Below are positions 29,467-39,700 of a stretch of 64,000 nt of DNA, piece by piece. Below the pieces are notes generated by a model. It had not been told where the DNA came from, searched no databases, and saw only the letters and a list, made by a program, of their open reading frames with translations. The DNA is from Candidatus Omnitrophota bacterium (GTDB lineage: Bacteria > Omnitrophota > Omnitrophia > Omnitrophales > Aquincolibacteriaceae). How positions within the stretch are numbered: position 1 is the first letter of the stretch; each line of letters starts with the position of its first letter. Location: contig JAUYMS010000035.1 of NCBI GenBank assembly GCA_030698625.1, forward strand, positions 9,950 through 73,949. Reading direction: 5' to 3'. The translations under genes were made by a program, and so were the position numbers.

Positions 29467-30882
29467 ATGCCATTTCCCATCAATTCTATAAGACCGCGCC
29501 GTCAGCTTCGGGGATTTCTCTCTCTGTGGGCTGAACACCGGCGTCCTGCGCTCATTTTTGCAGCCGTTTTGTTTGTGCTGGGTTCCGCAGGCAGTTTGTA
29601 CATGCTCACGAAGTATCAGGCGGGCGTGCTCGTCGTGATGGACAAAAAGGGAATTCACAACGAGTGGGAGCTCTTGCTTGACGATGTCCGTAACGTCGAT
29701 TTCGAACAACAGATCCGAAGCCGCGCAGTTCTTGAGCCCGTACTCGAAGAATATAAGCTGATTAATGCGCCAAAGACTAAAGGGTTGCTCGGGTTTATCA
29801 ACGGCGTACTCGGCGGTAAGCAGACCAAGGATCAAAAAACGGCAACTGCCATCGAAAGCTTCGGTACGAAACTGAGCATTGAGCGTCCCCGGCAATCCAA
29901 CATATTGCGCATTAAAATTAAGGACCGTAATCCGATTCTTGCCGCCGACTATGCGAATAGCGTGGCCCAGGCCTTTCTGAACTACCGCCGCGAACAGGCC
30001 GTGAGCAGAACCGAGCGGCTTATTGCGGGCATCGACGAAGAAATGAAGGCGATCAGAGAGCAGTTGGTGGCAAAGACGGGGGAGAGAAACACCTTTTTTG
30101 CCGAGAACGGCTGGGACGACTATATGACCGAGTTAAAGACCTCGAGTCAGAAAGTGGCCGGCCTCAAAGATGCCATGAGATCCCTGGATGTTTACCGCGA
30201 GGAGGCGGGTAAGGATTCCGGAGCTCAGAATCGGTTTGAAATGCCGTCCTTTCCCAATGAGGGAGGTTCTTCGCAACAGGATGCAAGCCTCATTGACGTT
30301 GCCCGGCGTTATGTCGATGTCGATCGTCAGTTGGAGCACGTTTCGGGCTCGTATCGAGAGGAGCATCCCGGAGTGTTGCAGGCGCGTCTCGAAAAGGAAA
30401 TGTTGGAGACGATGTTTAAGAAGAAGCTGAAGGATCCCGCCGAAAGGCACGGGATGCTCAAAAAGCAACTCGGCCGGGAGCAGGAAAATCTGCAGCAACT
30501 ATTGAGCAACGAACCGCGCGCGCAATTGCTCGGCCAGTCGATCGAATACGGCCGGCATCGTTTGCTGGAACTTATGGACCAGCGGGCGAAAGCGCATTTT
30601 TTGTTGACGCAGTGGGCGCAGCAGCCGGATGATTCATTCGATGACTTATACGTATTGGACGCGGCGTTACCCCCGCCTTCGCAGTCTTGGGGTCTGATGT
30701 TACCGTTGGTTTTTCTTACGGCCGCTCTTTTAAGTGGTTCCGGGCTGGTCCTAGTGCCAATTTTCCTCAGTTTCTGGGGAGCGGAACTAAGCCGACTCGG
30801 CGGATACGATATAGGCCCTATGACTTCATTGACTGAGCGTAACGCGTCGCAACTTTCGGGGGTAGGGGATGGTATCGACTAA
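29467..30882 (+). CDS. Polysaccharide co-polymerase (Wzz/GumC-type chain-length determinant, no kinase domain)
   Basis: N-terminal TM (ALIFAAVLFVLGSAGSLYML), a long coiled periplasmic region and a C-terminal TM (LMLPLVFLTAALLSGSGLVLVPIFL). Start chosen at ATG 29467 with RBS GGAGGG; the listed ORF starts at 29380. Confidence 0.65.
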   Translation: MPFPINSIRPRRQLRGFLSLWAEHRRPALIFAAVLFVLGSAGSLYMLTKYQAGVLVVMDKKGIHNEWELLLDDVRNVDFEQQIRSRAVLEPVLEEYKLINAPKTKGLLGFINGVLGGKQTKDQKTATAIESFGTKLSIERPRQSNILRIKIKDRNPILAADYANSVAQAFLNYRREQAVSRTERLIAGIDEEMKAIREQLVAKTGERNTFFAENGWDDYMTELKTSSQKVAGLKDAMRSLDVYREEAGKDSGAQNRFEMPSFPNEGGSSQQDASLIDVARRYVDVDRQLEHVSGSYREEHPGVLQARLEKEMLETMFKKKLKDPAERHGMLKKQLGREQENLQQLLSNEPRAQLLGQSIEYGRHRLLELMDQRAKAHFLLTQWAQQPDDSFDDLYVLDAALPPPSQSWGLMLPLVFLTAALLSGSGLVLVPIFLSFWGAELSRLGGYDIGPMTSLTERNASQLSGVGDGID

Positions 30883-32393
30883 TGCTCGAGACTTTATCCG
30901 CCTCCCGGAGTCCCTTGCTCCGAATTAACTCCATTCTCAAAAACACCGCACTCTTAGGCGGTGCGACTTATCTCTCCCGTGTTCTTTGTGCCCTGCGTAG
31001 TCTAATCAATGCCCGCTGGCTCGGTCCCGGACTCTATGGCTTTTGGGGTTCCTTATCGTTTCTAGTTTCCTTCGGCTTTCATTTGCACGCGGGTGTTCAG
31101 GACATCATGGTCAAGCAGATCCCCACGTATCGCAGCCAAGGCCGTGACGATCTCGCCGCTCGAGTTGCGCAACAATCGTTTTCATTTTTTTCACTGGGAT
31201 TATTGCTGGCCGCGTTTGCGCTCGGAATCGTTGTTGCGTTCCTGCCGGAGAGCACGCCCACGGTGGTCCGCTGGGGCTGGTGGATCGCTGCCGTTACGCT
31301 TCCGCTCGAGGCCCTTTATTTTTTCGAGCAGAACGTGATGCGCTGTGAGGAGCGCTTCGGCGTTTTGAATCGGGCGCTGTTGCTGGCTAGCGTTGTGAGC
31401 TTAATGTTGACTTGCTGGCTGGTAATACGCTACGGCATTACCGGTCTCTTTATTGTCGCAGTCCTCACACCTTTGATGGGGCTGATTTGCCTAAGACGGT
31501 TTGCTTCCTACCCATGGAAATTTACCTGGGACGTCCCGCTGGTGAAATCCATGCTGAAAGCAGGCTGGCCGATCTTGGCCATGACTTTGGTATTTGAATC
31601 GCTCTGGTGGGTCGATCGTTTCCTCGTACTGGGTTTTTACGGGACCGAGGGTTTTGGTTATTACATGCTGGGTGTGATGGTTATGCAACTAAGTTTTCTT
31701 TTCCCGCAAGTCATGGCCTCGGTCATTGAACCCAGGCTGCATTACGACTACGCGAAATCCGGCGGGACTGCCGGTATTCGGGATCACCTCTGGCTTCCCC
31801 TCAGACTTTTATCGTTTGCCTTGCCGCTTGCATTGGCGTTTGCGGATCTTCTGCTGCCGCGTCTGATTCACTGGGTGTTCCCGGCCTATGTGCCGGGTAT
31901 CGCGGCGATGCGCGTTCTTCTTTGGGGCAGTGTCTTTATGGGGCTAATCGTCAGCACGAAATCTTTCATCGTAGCCATCGGCAAACAGCGGGCGGTGCTC
32001 CCCTTTTATGTCGCGGCAGTGGTCGTCAATTTAGCCGTGAGTTTAACACTGGCGCTGCAGGGGAGGGGCCTGGCCGGCATCGCTGCGGGAACACTCGCGG
32101 CCTGTCTTGTCTGTGCCACGGGTTTGCTGTCATTTGTATTCAATCACCTCGGAGAATCAACGGCCCGGATCGTGGGCCGCATCGTATCGCTTTACGCCCC
32201 TTCCGCAGTTGTTATAGCGATCACGATTGGATTGCCTTCGTATCTTGAGCAGGTCTTTTCCGGGTTGTCGCCAGTTGCGGTTATGACAGTCGGGGGCGGC
32301 GGACTCGGCGTTTGTGCCGCGATCTTTGCCTGGATTTTGATTCGTGAATTTCGGAGCCGACAATTATCCGAAGGCGCAGAGGTCGTTGCATGA
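30882..32393 (+). CDS. Polysaccharide flippase (Wzx/MOP-superfamily)
   Basis: About 12–14 TM helices and a typical Wzx N-terminus. ATGA overlap with the upstream gene. Confidence 0.75.
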   Translation: MLETLSASRSPLLRINSILKNTALLGGATYLSRVLCALRSLINARWLGPGLYGFWGSLSFLVSFGFHLHAGVQDIMVKQIPTYRSQGRDDLAARVAQQSFSFFSLGLLLAAFALGIVVAFLPESTPTVVRWGWWIAAVTLPLEALYFFEQNVMRCEERFGVLNRALLLASVVSLMLTCWLVIRYGITGLFIVAVLTPLMGLICLRRFASYPWKFTWDVPLVKSMLKAGWPILAMTLVFESLWWVDRFLVLGFYGTEGFGYYMLGVMVMQLSFLFPQVMASVIEPRLHYDYAKSGGTAGIRDHLWLPLRLLSFALPLALAFADLLLPRLIHWVFPAYVPGIAAMRVLLWGSVFMGLIVSTKSFIVAIGKQRAVLPFYVAAVVVNLAVSLTLALQGRGLAGIAAGTLAACLVCATGLLSFVFNHLGESTARIVGRIVSLYAPSAVVIAITIGLPSYLEQVFSGLSPVAVMTVGGGGLGVCAAIFAWILIREFRSRQLSEGAEVVA

Positions 32394-33817
32394 GAACAGG
32401 CACGTTCGTCCCTTATGCGAATTGGATAGCTGCCGGCTTTGCAGTCGTCTGCGCATTAGCCTTTTCATTTCATGCGGTTGCCGGCGCGGCACTGCTCATG
32501 GCACCGCTAGTCTTCCTCCTTTTAATCCATCGCACAATGGCCGTATGGCGCACGATGATGTTTCTGTCCTCTATCGGGATGAGCTATTTCCCGCCGCCGA
32601 TCGGACCGGCCCTTTGCTGGGCGCTATTGCTCCTATGCCTTGCAGGCTGCTGGTTGGAACATCTTTCCGAAGGTCAGGAATTGGAGTGGGGTGACCGGCG
32701 AATATGGATCTGTATCGCCGGCTGGGTCGTCTGGGGTATCCTCAGCACCTACAATTCGTTGAATCCGCTTGCGAGTATCAAGGAAATTATCCGTTATATT
32801 TTTTCCTTTGGTGTTCTTCTGACCTATATCAATTGGCTCAGGCGGTTTGGGCAGATTCAGACCATGGTTCGCTGGTGTGAAATTATGGCCGTTGCGGTTG
32901 CAATGGTCTGTATCGCGGATGCATTTCTCTGGGCACTGGACGGCGTTGTCATCCAAGCGATGGTTGCGGAGCCGATGAGCCGTGTCAAAGGCAATTATGC
33001 CCCGACGTTCTCAGAACTCGGCGCTATTATTGCGGCGATCGTGCCGATCACATTCGCATTCTTAATGACGTCCTCACCGAAACGTTCCCCGATTCGGTTC
33101 TTTACTGTTTTGATCATGTTATTCGGGGTCATCCTGTCAACTTCCCGCGCATCCGCATTGGCCGCGGTATGCGGTGTTGCCGTCGTGCTCTTTCTTTTCG
33201 CATCCCGCCGTGTCAAAATTCTCATGATCACCGGTGTGGTCGGTGTTAATGCCTTGGGATCAATTTTGCTGACCGTCAAATACGGCAGCCTGGTCACCGG
33301 CGTCATACACAATCTTTCCGGCCGCAATCTTTTGTGGGCTGCTGCGGTTAGGGCAGTTTCGGAGCATCCGCTCTTCGGCATAGGGCCCGGCTGCTGGGCG
33401 ACTTGGCTGCCGACACGGTATTTTACGATCGATTTTCTAATGGGTGATATGCACGGAAACACATTTGCACTTACGCCGACATTGTTGGGCGGGGAGGCTC
33501 ACAATCTTTTCTTTACCAAGGCTGCGGAAATGGGGTTGCCGTCGCTTGCCTGGATTGCGGCGATCTTTCTCAGCTGGGGCGCTTGCGCTTACTCGGCGAT
33601 CAAGGGATTGCCGCGCGGTTGGGCACGGACGCTGACCGTCGGCTGCTTCGCTTCCATGGTCGGTCTGACGGTTCGCTGTTTTTTTGAAAATGGGCCCATT
33701 ATCGGCCGCGGCCGCGGGTCTGAGGTTGTTCTAGTTTGGTTTATCGCGGCGATTCCGCTTGTGATACAAAAGATTATTCGGTCGCATGAAGCGGCCCCCG
33801 GTGAGGTACTGTCATGA
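32390..33817 (+). CDS. O-antigen ligase/polymerase-family membrane protein (Wzy-like)
   Basis: Polytopic protein with the Wzy_C-like segment TSRASALAAVCGVAVVLFLFASRR and a large periplasmic loop. ATGA-coupled to both neighbours. Confidence 0.65.
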   Translation: MRTGTFVPYANWIAAGFAVVCALAFSFHAVAGAALLMAPLVFLLLIHRTMAVWRTMMFLSSIGMSYFPPPIGPALCWALLLLCLAGCWLEHLSEGQELEWGDRRIWICIAGWVVWGILSTYNSLNPLASIKEIIRYIFSFGVLLTYINWLRRFGQIQTMVRWCEIMAVAVAMVCIADAFLWALDGVVIQAMVAEPMSRVKGNYAPTFSELGAIIAAIVPITFAFLMTSSPKRSPIRFFTVLIMLFGVILSTSRASALAAVCGVAVVLFLFASRRVKILMITGVVGVNALGSILLTVKYGSLVTGVIHNLSGRNLLWAAAVRAVSEHPLFGIGPGCWATWLPTRYFTIDFLMGDMHGNTFALTPTLLGGEAHNLFFTKAAEMGLPSLAWIAAIFLSWGACAYSAIKGLPRGWARTLTVGCFASMVGLTVRCFFENGPIIGRGRGSEVVLVWFIAAIPLVIQKIIRSHEAAPGEVLS

Positions 33818-34758
33818 TGCCAAAGTTGGTTGCCTTCGCGACTCGCGTGCGCGATTTCTGTGTGAGGCGTCCCCTGCTCAAAAAATTTGTCAAACGGATG
33901 AAGTTTTCTCTGGTTACTAGCTGGTGCCGTTTGCAGAGATCCGGATTGGATCCACGCCCGAAGATTCTGGGTTATCACGCCGTCGGCGACGGCCTCAGCG
34001 ACATATCCCTGCCTGCAGAAAAATTCCGCGCACAGATGGATTGGCTTGTCCGCAACGGCTATCAAATTCTAACGCTCAAAGCGTATTGGGAAATAATCGC
34101 CGCGGGAAAAACGGTTATGCCCCGGACGGTAGTGCTGACCTTTGATGACGGGTATCGCAGTGTCCTGCAGTATGCGGCGCCGATACTTGCCCGCTACGGC
34201 TTGGCCGGTACGGTGTTTATCATTACCGACCATGTCGGTAAGACGAATGCCTACGATAAACCCTTCCTCGGAATTCCCGAACTGCCGCTTCTGGACTGGG
34301 ACGAGATCCGGCAGTTGAAGGAAATGGGATGGGATATTCAATCGCACACACGGCAACATTACCCGCTGCACGGATTGGGGCCGGAGCTGCTGCGTCAAGA
34401 ATTGACGGAGAGCAAGAGAGTGTTGGAAGAAATGTTGGGAGAACCCTGTGAGTATTTTTGTTATCCCTATGGTGCTTGGGACGAAGCGGCAACAGAAGCT
34501 GTGTCAGATGCAGGGTACAACGCGGCCGTGACGTGTCTTAGCGGTACGGCTGCAACGAAGCCGGACGGGAGTCGTCACCGCCTGAGGCGTACGCTCGTTG
34601 ACGGGCTTATGAGCCTCGGTGACTTCGCCGCACTCTTTACGCCGGCCTACCACCGTTACATGGACTATTTCCTGGGACACAAAGAGTGCGCGGGAATGCT
34701 TTCGGCCTATCCGGCGGGGAAGGCCCCAATTAGCGGACTAGAGGAGGTGGCTGTATGA
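33814..34758 (+). CDS. Polysaccharide deacetylase (CE4)
   Basis: NodB motif VLTFDDGYRS…, with TVFIITDHVG and HTRQHYPL. Confidence 0.8.
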   Translation: MMPKLVAFATRVRDFCVRRPLLKKFVKRMKFSLVTSWCRLQRSGLDPRPKILGYHAVGDGLSDISLPAEKFRAQMDWLVRNGYQILTLKAYWEIIAAGKTVMPRTVVLTFDDGYRSVLQYAAPILARYGLAGTVFIITDHVGKTNAYDKPFLGIPELPLLDWDEIRQLKEMGWDIQSHTRQHYPLHGLGPELLRQELTESKRVLEEMLGEPCEYFCYPYGAWDEAATEAVSDAGYNAAVTCLSGTAATKPDGSRHRLRRTLVDGLMSLGDFAALFTPAYHRYMDYFLGHKECAGMLSAYPAGKAPISGLEEVAV

Positions 34759-35660
34759 CATTAAGCCCACTTGTATCCATCGTTGTTCCCTCGCGTGACG
34801 GAAAGATCGATCGCCTGCGCGCGGAACTCGCGAAACAGAGTTTTCAAGATTATGAAATCGTGGTCAATACTGAACCGCCCACACCGGCGCATGCGCGCAA
34901 CGGTGGTGCAGCGGATGCGATAGGGGAGTACCTAATCTTTTTTGATGACGATGTGCGTCTGAGCCACCCGGGGCTCCTTGGCGAACTAGTCCAGGCGCTT
35001 CAGAATGCGGTTCCGCTCAGTGTTGTCGGTGTGCGGGATGCGCTTGCCAAGGACACGAACTGGTTTCAGCGCTATATCTACTGCCGCTCTTTTCATCCCG
35101 AAGTAAACGAAAGCGCGGACCCGGTTGTCGAAGTCAACTGGCATGGGGTCATCAACGGACGGTGTATGGCCATGTCGCGTCAGACTTTTGATGCCATCGG
35201 CGGTTACGATTCTAAACTGATCGCCGGGGAGGACTTCGAGATTCTGTATCGCATACAGCGGGCGGGCGGGAAAGTTTATGCACTCTCCAAAGGGCGCGTT
35301 TATTATTATCCGCCGCCGACGCTCAAGGTGCTGCTTAAGAAAACGATATGGTACGCGCACGGCAACGCGCAGGTTGCCCGAAAATATCCGGAATCTAATT
35401 ACAGTTGGGTGCTTAAGGGTGTCGGATCCGCGGTTTTCTTTTTGATTTTCAGGACCCTCTGCCTGATTCCCTTGTCCTTTCTGAAGATGTCGTATCATAA
35501 CAGACGCATTCGTTTTGCTTTCAGGCCGTTTGAGGTATTGCTCAGTTATTTCGCGGCATGGGTGTATTGCATTGCCTGGTTTAAGACGCCGCCGACAGGA
35601 GATCCCAATCAGGGACTTGATGCTGCTGCAAGAATTTCTACGGGGGTTACCGCCGGATGA
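34755..35660 (+). CDS. Family 2 glycosyltransferase
   Basis: VSIVVPSRDG…YEIVVN…FFDDDVRL (DxD). GT-A fold N-terminus with C-terminal TM helices. Confidence 0.8.
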   Translation: MTLSPLVSIVVPSRDGKIDRLRAELAKQSFQDYEIVVNTEPPTPAHARNGGAADAIGEYLIFFDDDVRLSHPGLLGELVQALQNAVPLSVVGVRDALAKDTNWFQRYIYCRSFHPEVNESADPVVEVNWHGVINGRCMAMSRQTFDAIGGYDSKLIAGEDFEILYRIQRAGGKVYALSKGRVYYYPPPTLKVLLKKTIWYAHGNAQVARKYPESNYSWVLKGVGSAVFFLIFRTLCLIPLSFLKMSYHNRRIRFAFRPFEVLLSYFAAWVYCIAWFKTPPTGDPNQGLDAAARISTGVTAG

Positions 35661-38600
35661 ATCAGCCGAGACACAAAATACTTTTTTTGATTACTGGGCT
35701 TACCGTCGGCGGGGCCGAAAAGTTGCTCTTGCAGCATCTCCGCTGTCTGGATCGTTCGCGATTTGAACCGATTGTCGCAACGCTATACTGTCACAACAAG
35801 CTTAGCGGGGGGGAAGGAGATGACCTGCACCCGCAATTTGCGGAATTTGATGTGCCTGTCCGTGAGCTAGCGATGAGACACAAGCTGGATTTCAGCGTGC
35901 TCGAGCGCGTGAGAAAACTCCTTTTAGAAGAGAAGCCGGATATTCTACATACGCATCTTGCCATGGCAGATTGGATCGGACGCGTTGTCGGCCACTTTTG
36001 CCGAGTGCCGCTCATTGTTGGAACTCTCCATGCCGTGGAACCATGGCGAAAGTGGTTTCCCTTAAATCTTATTGATCTCGGGACTTCGCGGTGGGCCGAT
36101 GCCCTGATCGCGGTCTCAGAAGAAGTTAGAGACGGCATTGTGCGTCTCCAGGGATTGGATGCCTCACGTATTCATATTATTCCGAACGGTATCGATTATC
36201 CGACAGCCGACAATAGTGAGCGGAGCAAAATCCGTCGAAGCCTCAATGTCCCGGAAGATGCGCTTGTGATCGGCACGCTCGGGCGCCTCGACGAAAGCGT
36301 CAAAGGGCATGGGACGCTGCTCGAGGCTGCGAAGAGTCTGGCTGTTAAGCATGACCGGTTTCATTGTGTTTTTGTCGGGGACGGTCCGTCGCGTAGTCAT
36401 CTCGAAAAGCAGGCAGCCGGTCTCGGCCTTGCGAATCGTGTCACGTTCGCGGGCATGCGACAAGATGTCGCGCCTTGGCTGAGTGCGATGGATGTTTTTG
36501 TGCAGCCCTCTCATCAGGAAGGCTTGCCTTTAGCGGTTCTCGAAGCCATGGCAGCAGGGCGTCCGATTGTGGCGACACGCGTTGGCGGCATTCCGGAAGT
36601 GATCAAAGACCGGCACACGGGACTCCTCGTGGAGCCCAAGGACTCGAATGCCCTGGCTACAGCCGTGACTGAAATTGTTGAAGATCACGCTCTCGCCGGA
36701 AGGCTGGCCCGCGGCGCGCAGGCGCATTTCCGCAAACACTATGACATGCGGCACCTCATCAACAAGATTCAGTCTTTTTATGAGGAGCAGCTGCGAAAAA
36801 AAACAGATAAACGCGTCAAAGTTCTCGAAGTCGTGACTTCCCTCGATACTGGGGGAGTGACAACTTATTTGGAAAACCTGTGGCGTTTTTTGCCGGCTGA
36901 TCGTTTTGACGTAAGTGTTGCGTCCGGTCTGGAAGATTTCCAAGCGGATCGTGCGCGCTCTCTCAATATGCCGCATCATCCCGTGGCTTTGGTGAAGCGC
37001 ATTCATCCCTGGAAGGATGTCCAGGCCGTCTGGCAGCTGTGTCGGCTGATTCGCCGCGAACGCATCGGTATGGTGCACACCAACATGGCCAAAGCAGACT
37101 GGGTAGGGGCGTTGGCCGCAAGACTCTGCGGGGTTAAAACCATTGTCAGCACGGCGCATGGCGCAACGACCGTTACCCCCGGACCGTCGCTGGCACAATC
37201 GGTGTTCGACTTTATTGAAAAGGTAACTTATCGCTGCCTTCACACCCATGTGATCAGCGTTTCGCGAGCGACATCTGAACATCTGACCCGTAAGAAAGCC
37301 ATCTCCTGGGGGCGATTATCCACGGTGTGGAACGGCATGAATTGTGATGAGGAATCCGCGCCGCTTGAACGGGCCGCCATGCGTGACAAGCTCGGGCTTA
37401 AGGCAGATCAACCCGTCGTAACCATGGTAGGAAGACTGAAGTATCCAAAAGCCCCTGAGGTGCTTCTGGAGTCTATGCGGAAACTTGCGACAAAACGGCC
37501 TGATCTCGCTTGTCTCATTGTCGGTGATGGACCCGATGCGGCAAGCCTAAAAAAGCGGGTTTGCGATTACGGATTGGAAAAGAATGTGCAGCTTCTAGGG
37601 CATCGTCAAGATGTGCGCGATATCCTGCATGCGAGCGATCTCTTTGTACTTTCATCTTATTCCGAGGGGCTCTCACTTTCCGTGCTCGAAGCCATGGCCC
37701 AAAGACTGCCTATTATTGCGACGCGTGCCGGCGGGAACACCGAAATCGTCGCAGACGGTACGACCGGGTTGTTGGTTACGCCGGGTTCCGAATCCGAGCT
37801 GACCAGAGCGATCGAGAGTCTGCTAACCGACGCCGAGCGCCGGCAACGTCTTGGCAATCAAGCGTGGGAAAGGCTTCAAACCCATTTCGATGCCAGGAGC
37901 CAGGCAAAGAAAACAGAACGGATTTTTCAGAATTGTCTCAAACATCCCGAGCCTTGGTGGATGATGTTCTTTACTTGGTTTAATCCCATCAACCGTTTGC
38001 AACGGTACTACCGTGAAGAAGGGCTTGCCAATACGTGGAAACGCCTGTTTAAGTTTCTGATCACGCCTTTTTATCGCGTCGAAGATCTCTGGTTTCTGGG
38101 TTGCGAAAACAAGAAACCAATTCCACAACTTAAGGGGCGCATTCCCTTTAAAATCAGAAGGGCTACGGTGGAAGATCTGGACAGCCTCATGGAAATCGAC
38201 TTCGACGACCCGCAAACAGTTGTCGACCTCTTGGAGTCTCCGCAAGACATTTGTTTTGTCGCCGATAACGGCGGTGAGATCATGGCTGTGCAATGGGTGA
38301 GACTCGGAGTCAGCCAGTTTGACATCAATCCTTTCAACAGAGCCGTGGCATTGGCCGCCGACGAGGCCTATCTCTATAACTGTCGCTCCAAACACCTCTT
38401 TCGCGCTCAAGGAATTGTGCCGGCCATGGAATGCCAGATCTACGCATGGCTCTGCGATAAAGGCTATAGCAAGCTATATACCGATATTACGGCCGAGAAT
38501 ACGGTTTCTCTCAAAACCTTTGAGAAGTTGGGACTCCGGAAGATCGAATGCGTACGGTTTAGCCGGATTCTTCGCCGTGTCGGCGTTCGATGCCGGCGTT

Positions 38601-39700
38601 ATCGTCTCGATGAACATACTCCCGTTAGAAGCGCCATTTTACGTGATTGCCTTTATTCCGAGGATCCGCACGGCAATTATTCGAGGCATCTTCCGCCGGA
38701 TCTTTTCAAACCCTTACTCGTTACCGTGCCGGAAAAAACAGGCCCGACGCTTTTCGGTTTTTTGGGAAAGGTCTTTTCTGTTTACCGATGCCTGCGCCGC
38801 GGCAAAGCCGAAATCGTCCATTGCGAAAGTCGCGGTTCCTTGTTGTGCGGAATTTTGGCGGCGCGTCTTGCCGGTGTTTCGTCTGTTACCGCCTACGCGC
38901 ACCCCATCGAGTCTTATCGCATGAGTAATGCGCGAGCCTTTGAGCGCTGGCTATGGAAAAAGATTCCGGTGCTATTGAAACAGACGCAGCTTTATTTCCC
39001 GGCTGAAACGCTGCGTGAAGAGTGGGAAACGCTTGGATGGGCAAGCAAGCAAAACTCGGCGGTCATTCCAATAGATAAGACGGTGCAAGATTTCAAAGCT
39101 GAACTCACATCTGACGAAAACCGCCGCTATAAGAAAATTAAGAAAATCGGCCCGACTCTCGGGGCCGTTTTACCGCTTAGCGCAGACTTGCTGGCCCGGC
39201 GTGTCATGGATATTTTTGCGGAAGTGAAAAAACGAAGACCGGATTGCCAGTTTCTTCTTGCCGGCGACGGCCCCGTTTTTCTCGTGCTTAAACAGTATCA
39301 GGAGCTGGTCGGACTATCCGACAATATGCAGATCGTGAACAGGCGTTTTGAAAGTGGCCGGGTAATGAAGGCCGTCGATTTATACATCGACATGAACCAC
39401 CCGAAGACAGGGGAGCAGACCCGCATGGAAGCGATGGCGGCGGAACTGCCGATCTTCTCGGGAAATCTTAAAGGGGAATCCGAAGCGGTTGCTGCCGAGC
39501 GAATCGTTGAGTTGCTCGCAAACCCCGCAGAGTTAAGTATTATGAGTCAGGCGTCGCGGGTACAAGGGGAAAAGGATTTTGAGGCGCGTTATTTCGCAGG
39601 ATGTTTGCAAGCGGCGTGGTATGAGCTTCTTAGTCTCGATACGCGTCCGGCACCGGCAGATAAATGGAGAAATCATGCAAGTACGTCTCTTTCAAGATAA
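35657..39700 (+). CDS. 1347-aa multidomain protein: GT4 – GT4 – GNAT acetyltransferase – GT4-like
   Basis: Approximate domains by nucleotide position: 35657–36780, 36810–37950, 38145–38540 and 38650–39680. GT4 #1: KILFLITGLTVGGAEKLL…EGLPLAVLEAMAAGRPIVATRVGGIPEVI. GT4 #2: KVLEVVTSLDTGGVTTYL…EGLSLSVLEAMAQRLPIIATRAGGNTEIV. GNAT: IRRATVEDLDSLMEI…YAWLCDKGYSKLYTDITAENTVSLKTFEKLG. The C-terminal GT-like domain includes ELPIFSGNLKGESEAV. Confidence 0.7.
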   Translation: MNQPRHKILFLITGLTVGGAEKLLLQHLRCLDRSRFEPIVATLYCHNKLSGGEGDDLHPQFAEFDVPVRELAMRHKLDFSVLERVRKLLLEEKPDILHTHLAMADWIGRVVGHFCRVPLIVGTLHAVEPWRKWFPLNLIDLGTSRWADALIAVSEEVRDGIVRLQGLDASRIHIIPNGIDYPTADNSERSKIRRSLNVPEDALVIGTLGRLDESVKGHGTLLEAAKSLAVKHDRFHCVFVGDGPSRSHLEKQAAGLGLANRVTFAGMRQDVAPWLSAMDVFVQPSHQEGLPLAVLEAMAAGRPIVATRVGGIPEVIKDRHTGLLVEPKDSNALATAVTEIVEDHALAGRLARGAQAHFRKHYDMRHLINKIQSFYEEQLRKKTDKRVKVLEVVTSLDTGGVTTYLENLWRFLPADRFDVSVASGLEDFQADRARSLNMPHHPVALVKRIHPWKDVQAVWQLCRLIRRERIGMVHTNMAKADWVGALAARLCGVKTIVSTAHGATTVTPGPSLAQSVFDFIEKVTYRCLHTHVISVSRATSEHLTRKKAISWGRLSTVWNGMNCDEESAPLERAAMRDKLGLKADQPVVTMVGRLKYPKAPEVLLESMRKLATKRPDLACLIVGDGPDAASLKKRVCDYGLEKNVQLLGHRQDVRDILHASDLFVLSSYSEGLSLSVLEAMAQRLPIIATRAGGNTEIVADGTTGLLVTPGSESELTRAIESLLTDAERRQRLGNQAWERLQTHFDARSQAKKTERIFQNCLKHPEPWWMMFFTWFNPINRLQRYYREEGLANTWKRLFKFLITPFYRVEDLWFLGCENKKPIPQLKGRIPFKIRRATVEDLDSLMEIDFDDPQTVVDLLESPQDICFVADNGGEIMAVQWVRLGVSQFDINPFNRAVALAADEAYLYNCRSKHLFRAQGIVPAMECQIYAWLCDKGYSKLYTDITAENTVSLKTFEKLGLRKIECVRFSRILRRVGVRCRRYRLDEHTPVRSAILRDCLYSEDPHGNYSRHLPPDLFKPLLVTVPEKTGPTLFGFLGKVFSVYRCLRRGKAEIVHCESRGSLLCGILAARLAGVSSVTAYAHPIESYRMSNARAFERWLWKKIPVLLKQTQLYFPAETLREEWETLGWASKQNSAVIPIDKTVQDFKAELTSDENRRYKKIKKIGPTLGAVLPLSADLLARRVMDIFAEVKKRRPDCQFLLAGDGPVFLVLKQYQELVGLSDNMQIVNRRFESGRVMKAVDLYIDMNHPKTGEQTRMEAMAAELPIFSGNLKGESEAVAAERIVELLANPAELSIMSQASRVQGEKDFEARYFAGCLQAAWYELLSLDTRPAPADKWRNHASTSLSR

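Noticed and set aside
35791-38410. Several minus-strand ORFs (35791–36138, 36164–36514, 36530–37282, 37823–38410) inside the 1347-aa glycosyltransferase gene
   Set aside because: They are embedded antisense to a gene with clear repeated GT4/GNAT motifs. They have no RBS or recognisable domains, and their sizes are typical of chance ORFs in 57% GC DNA.
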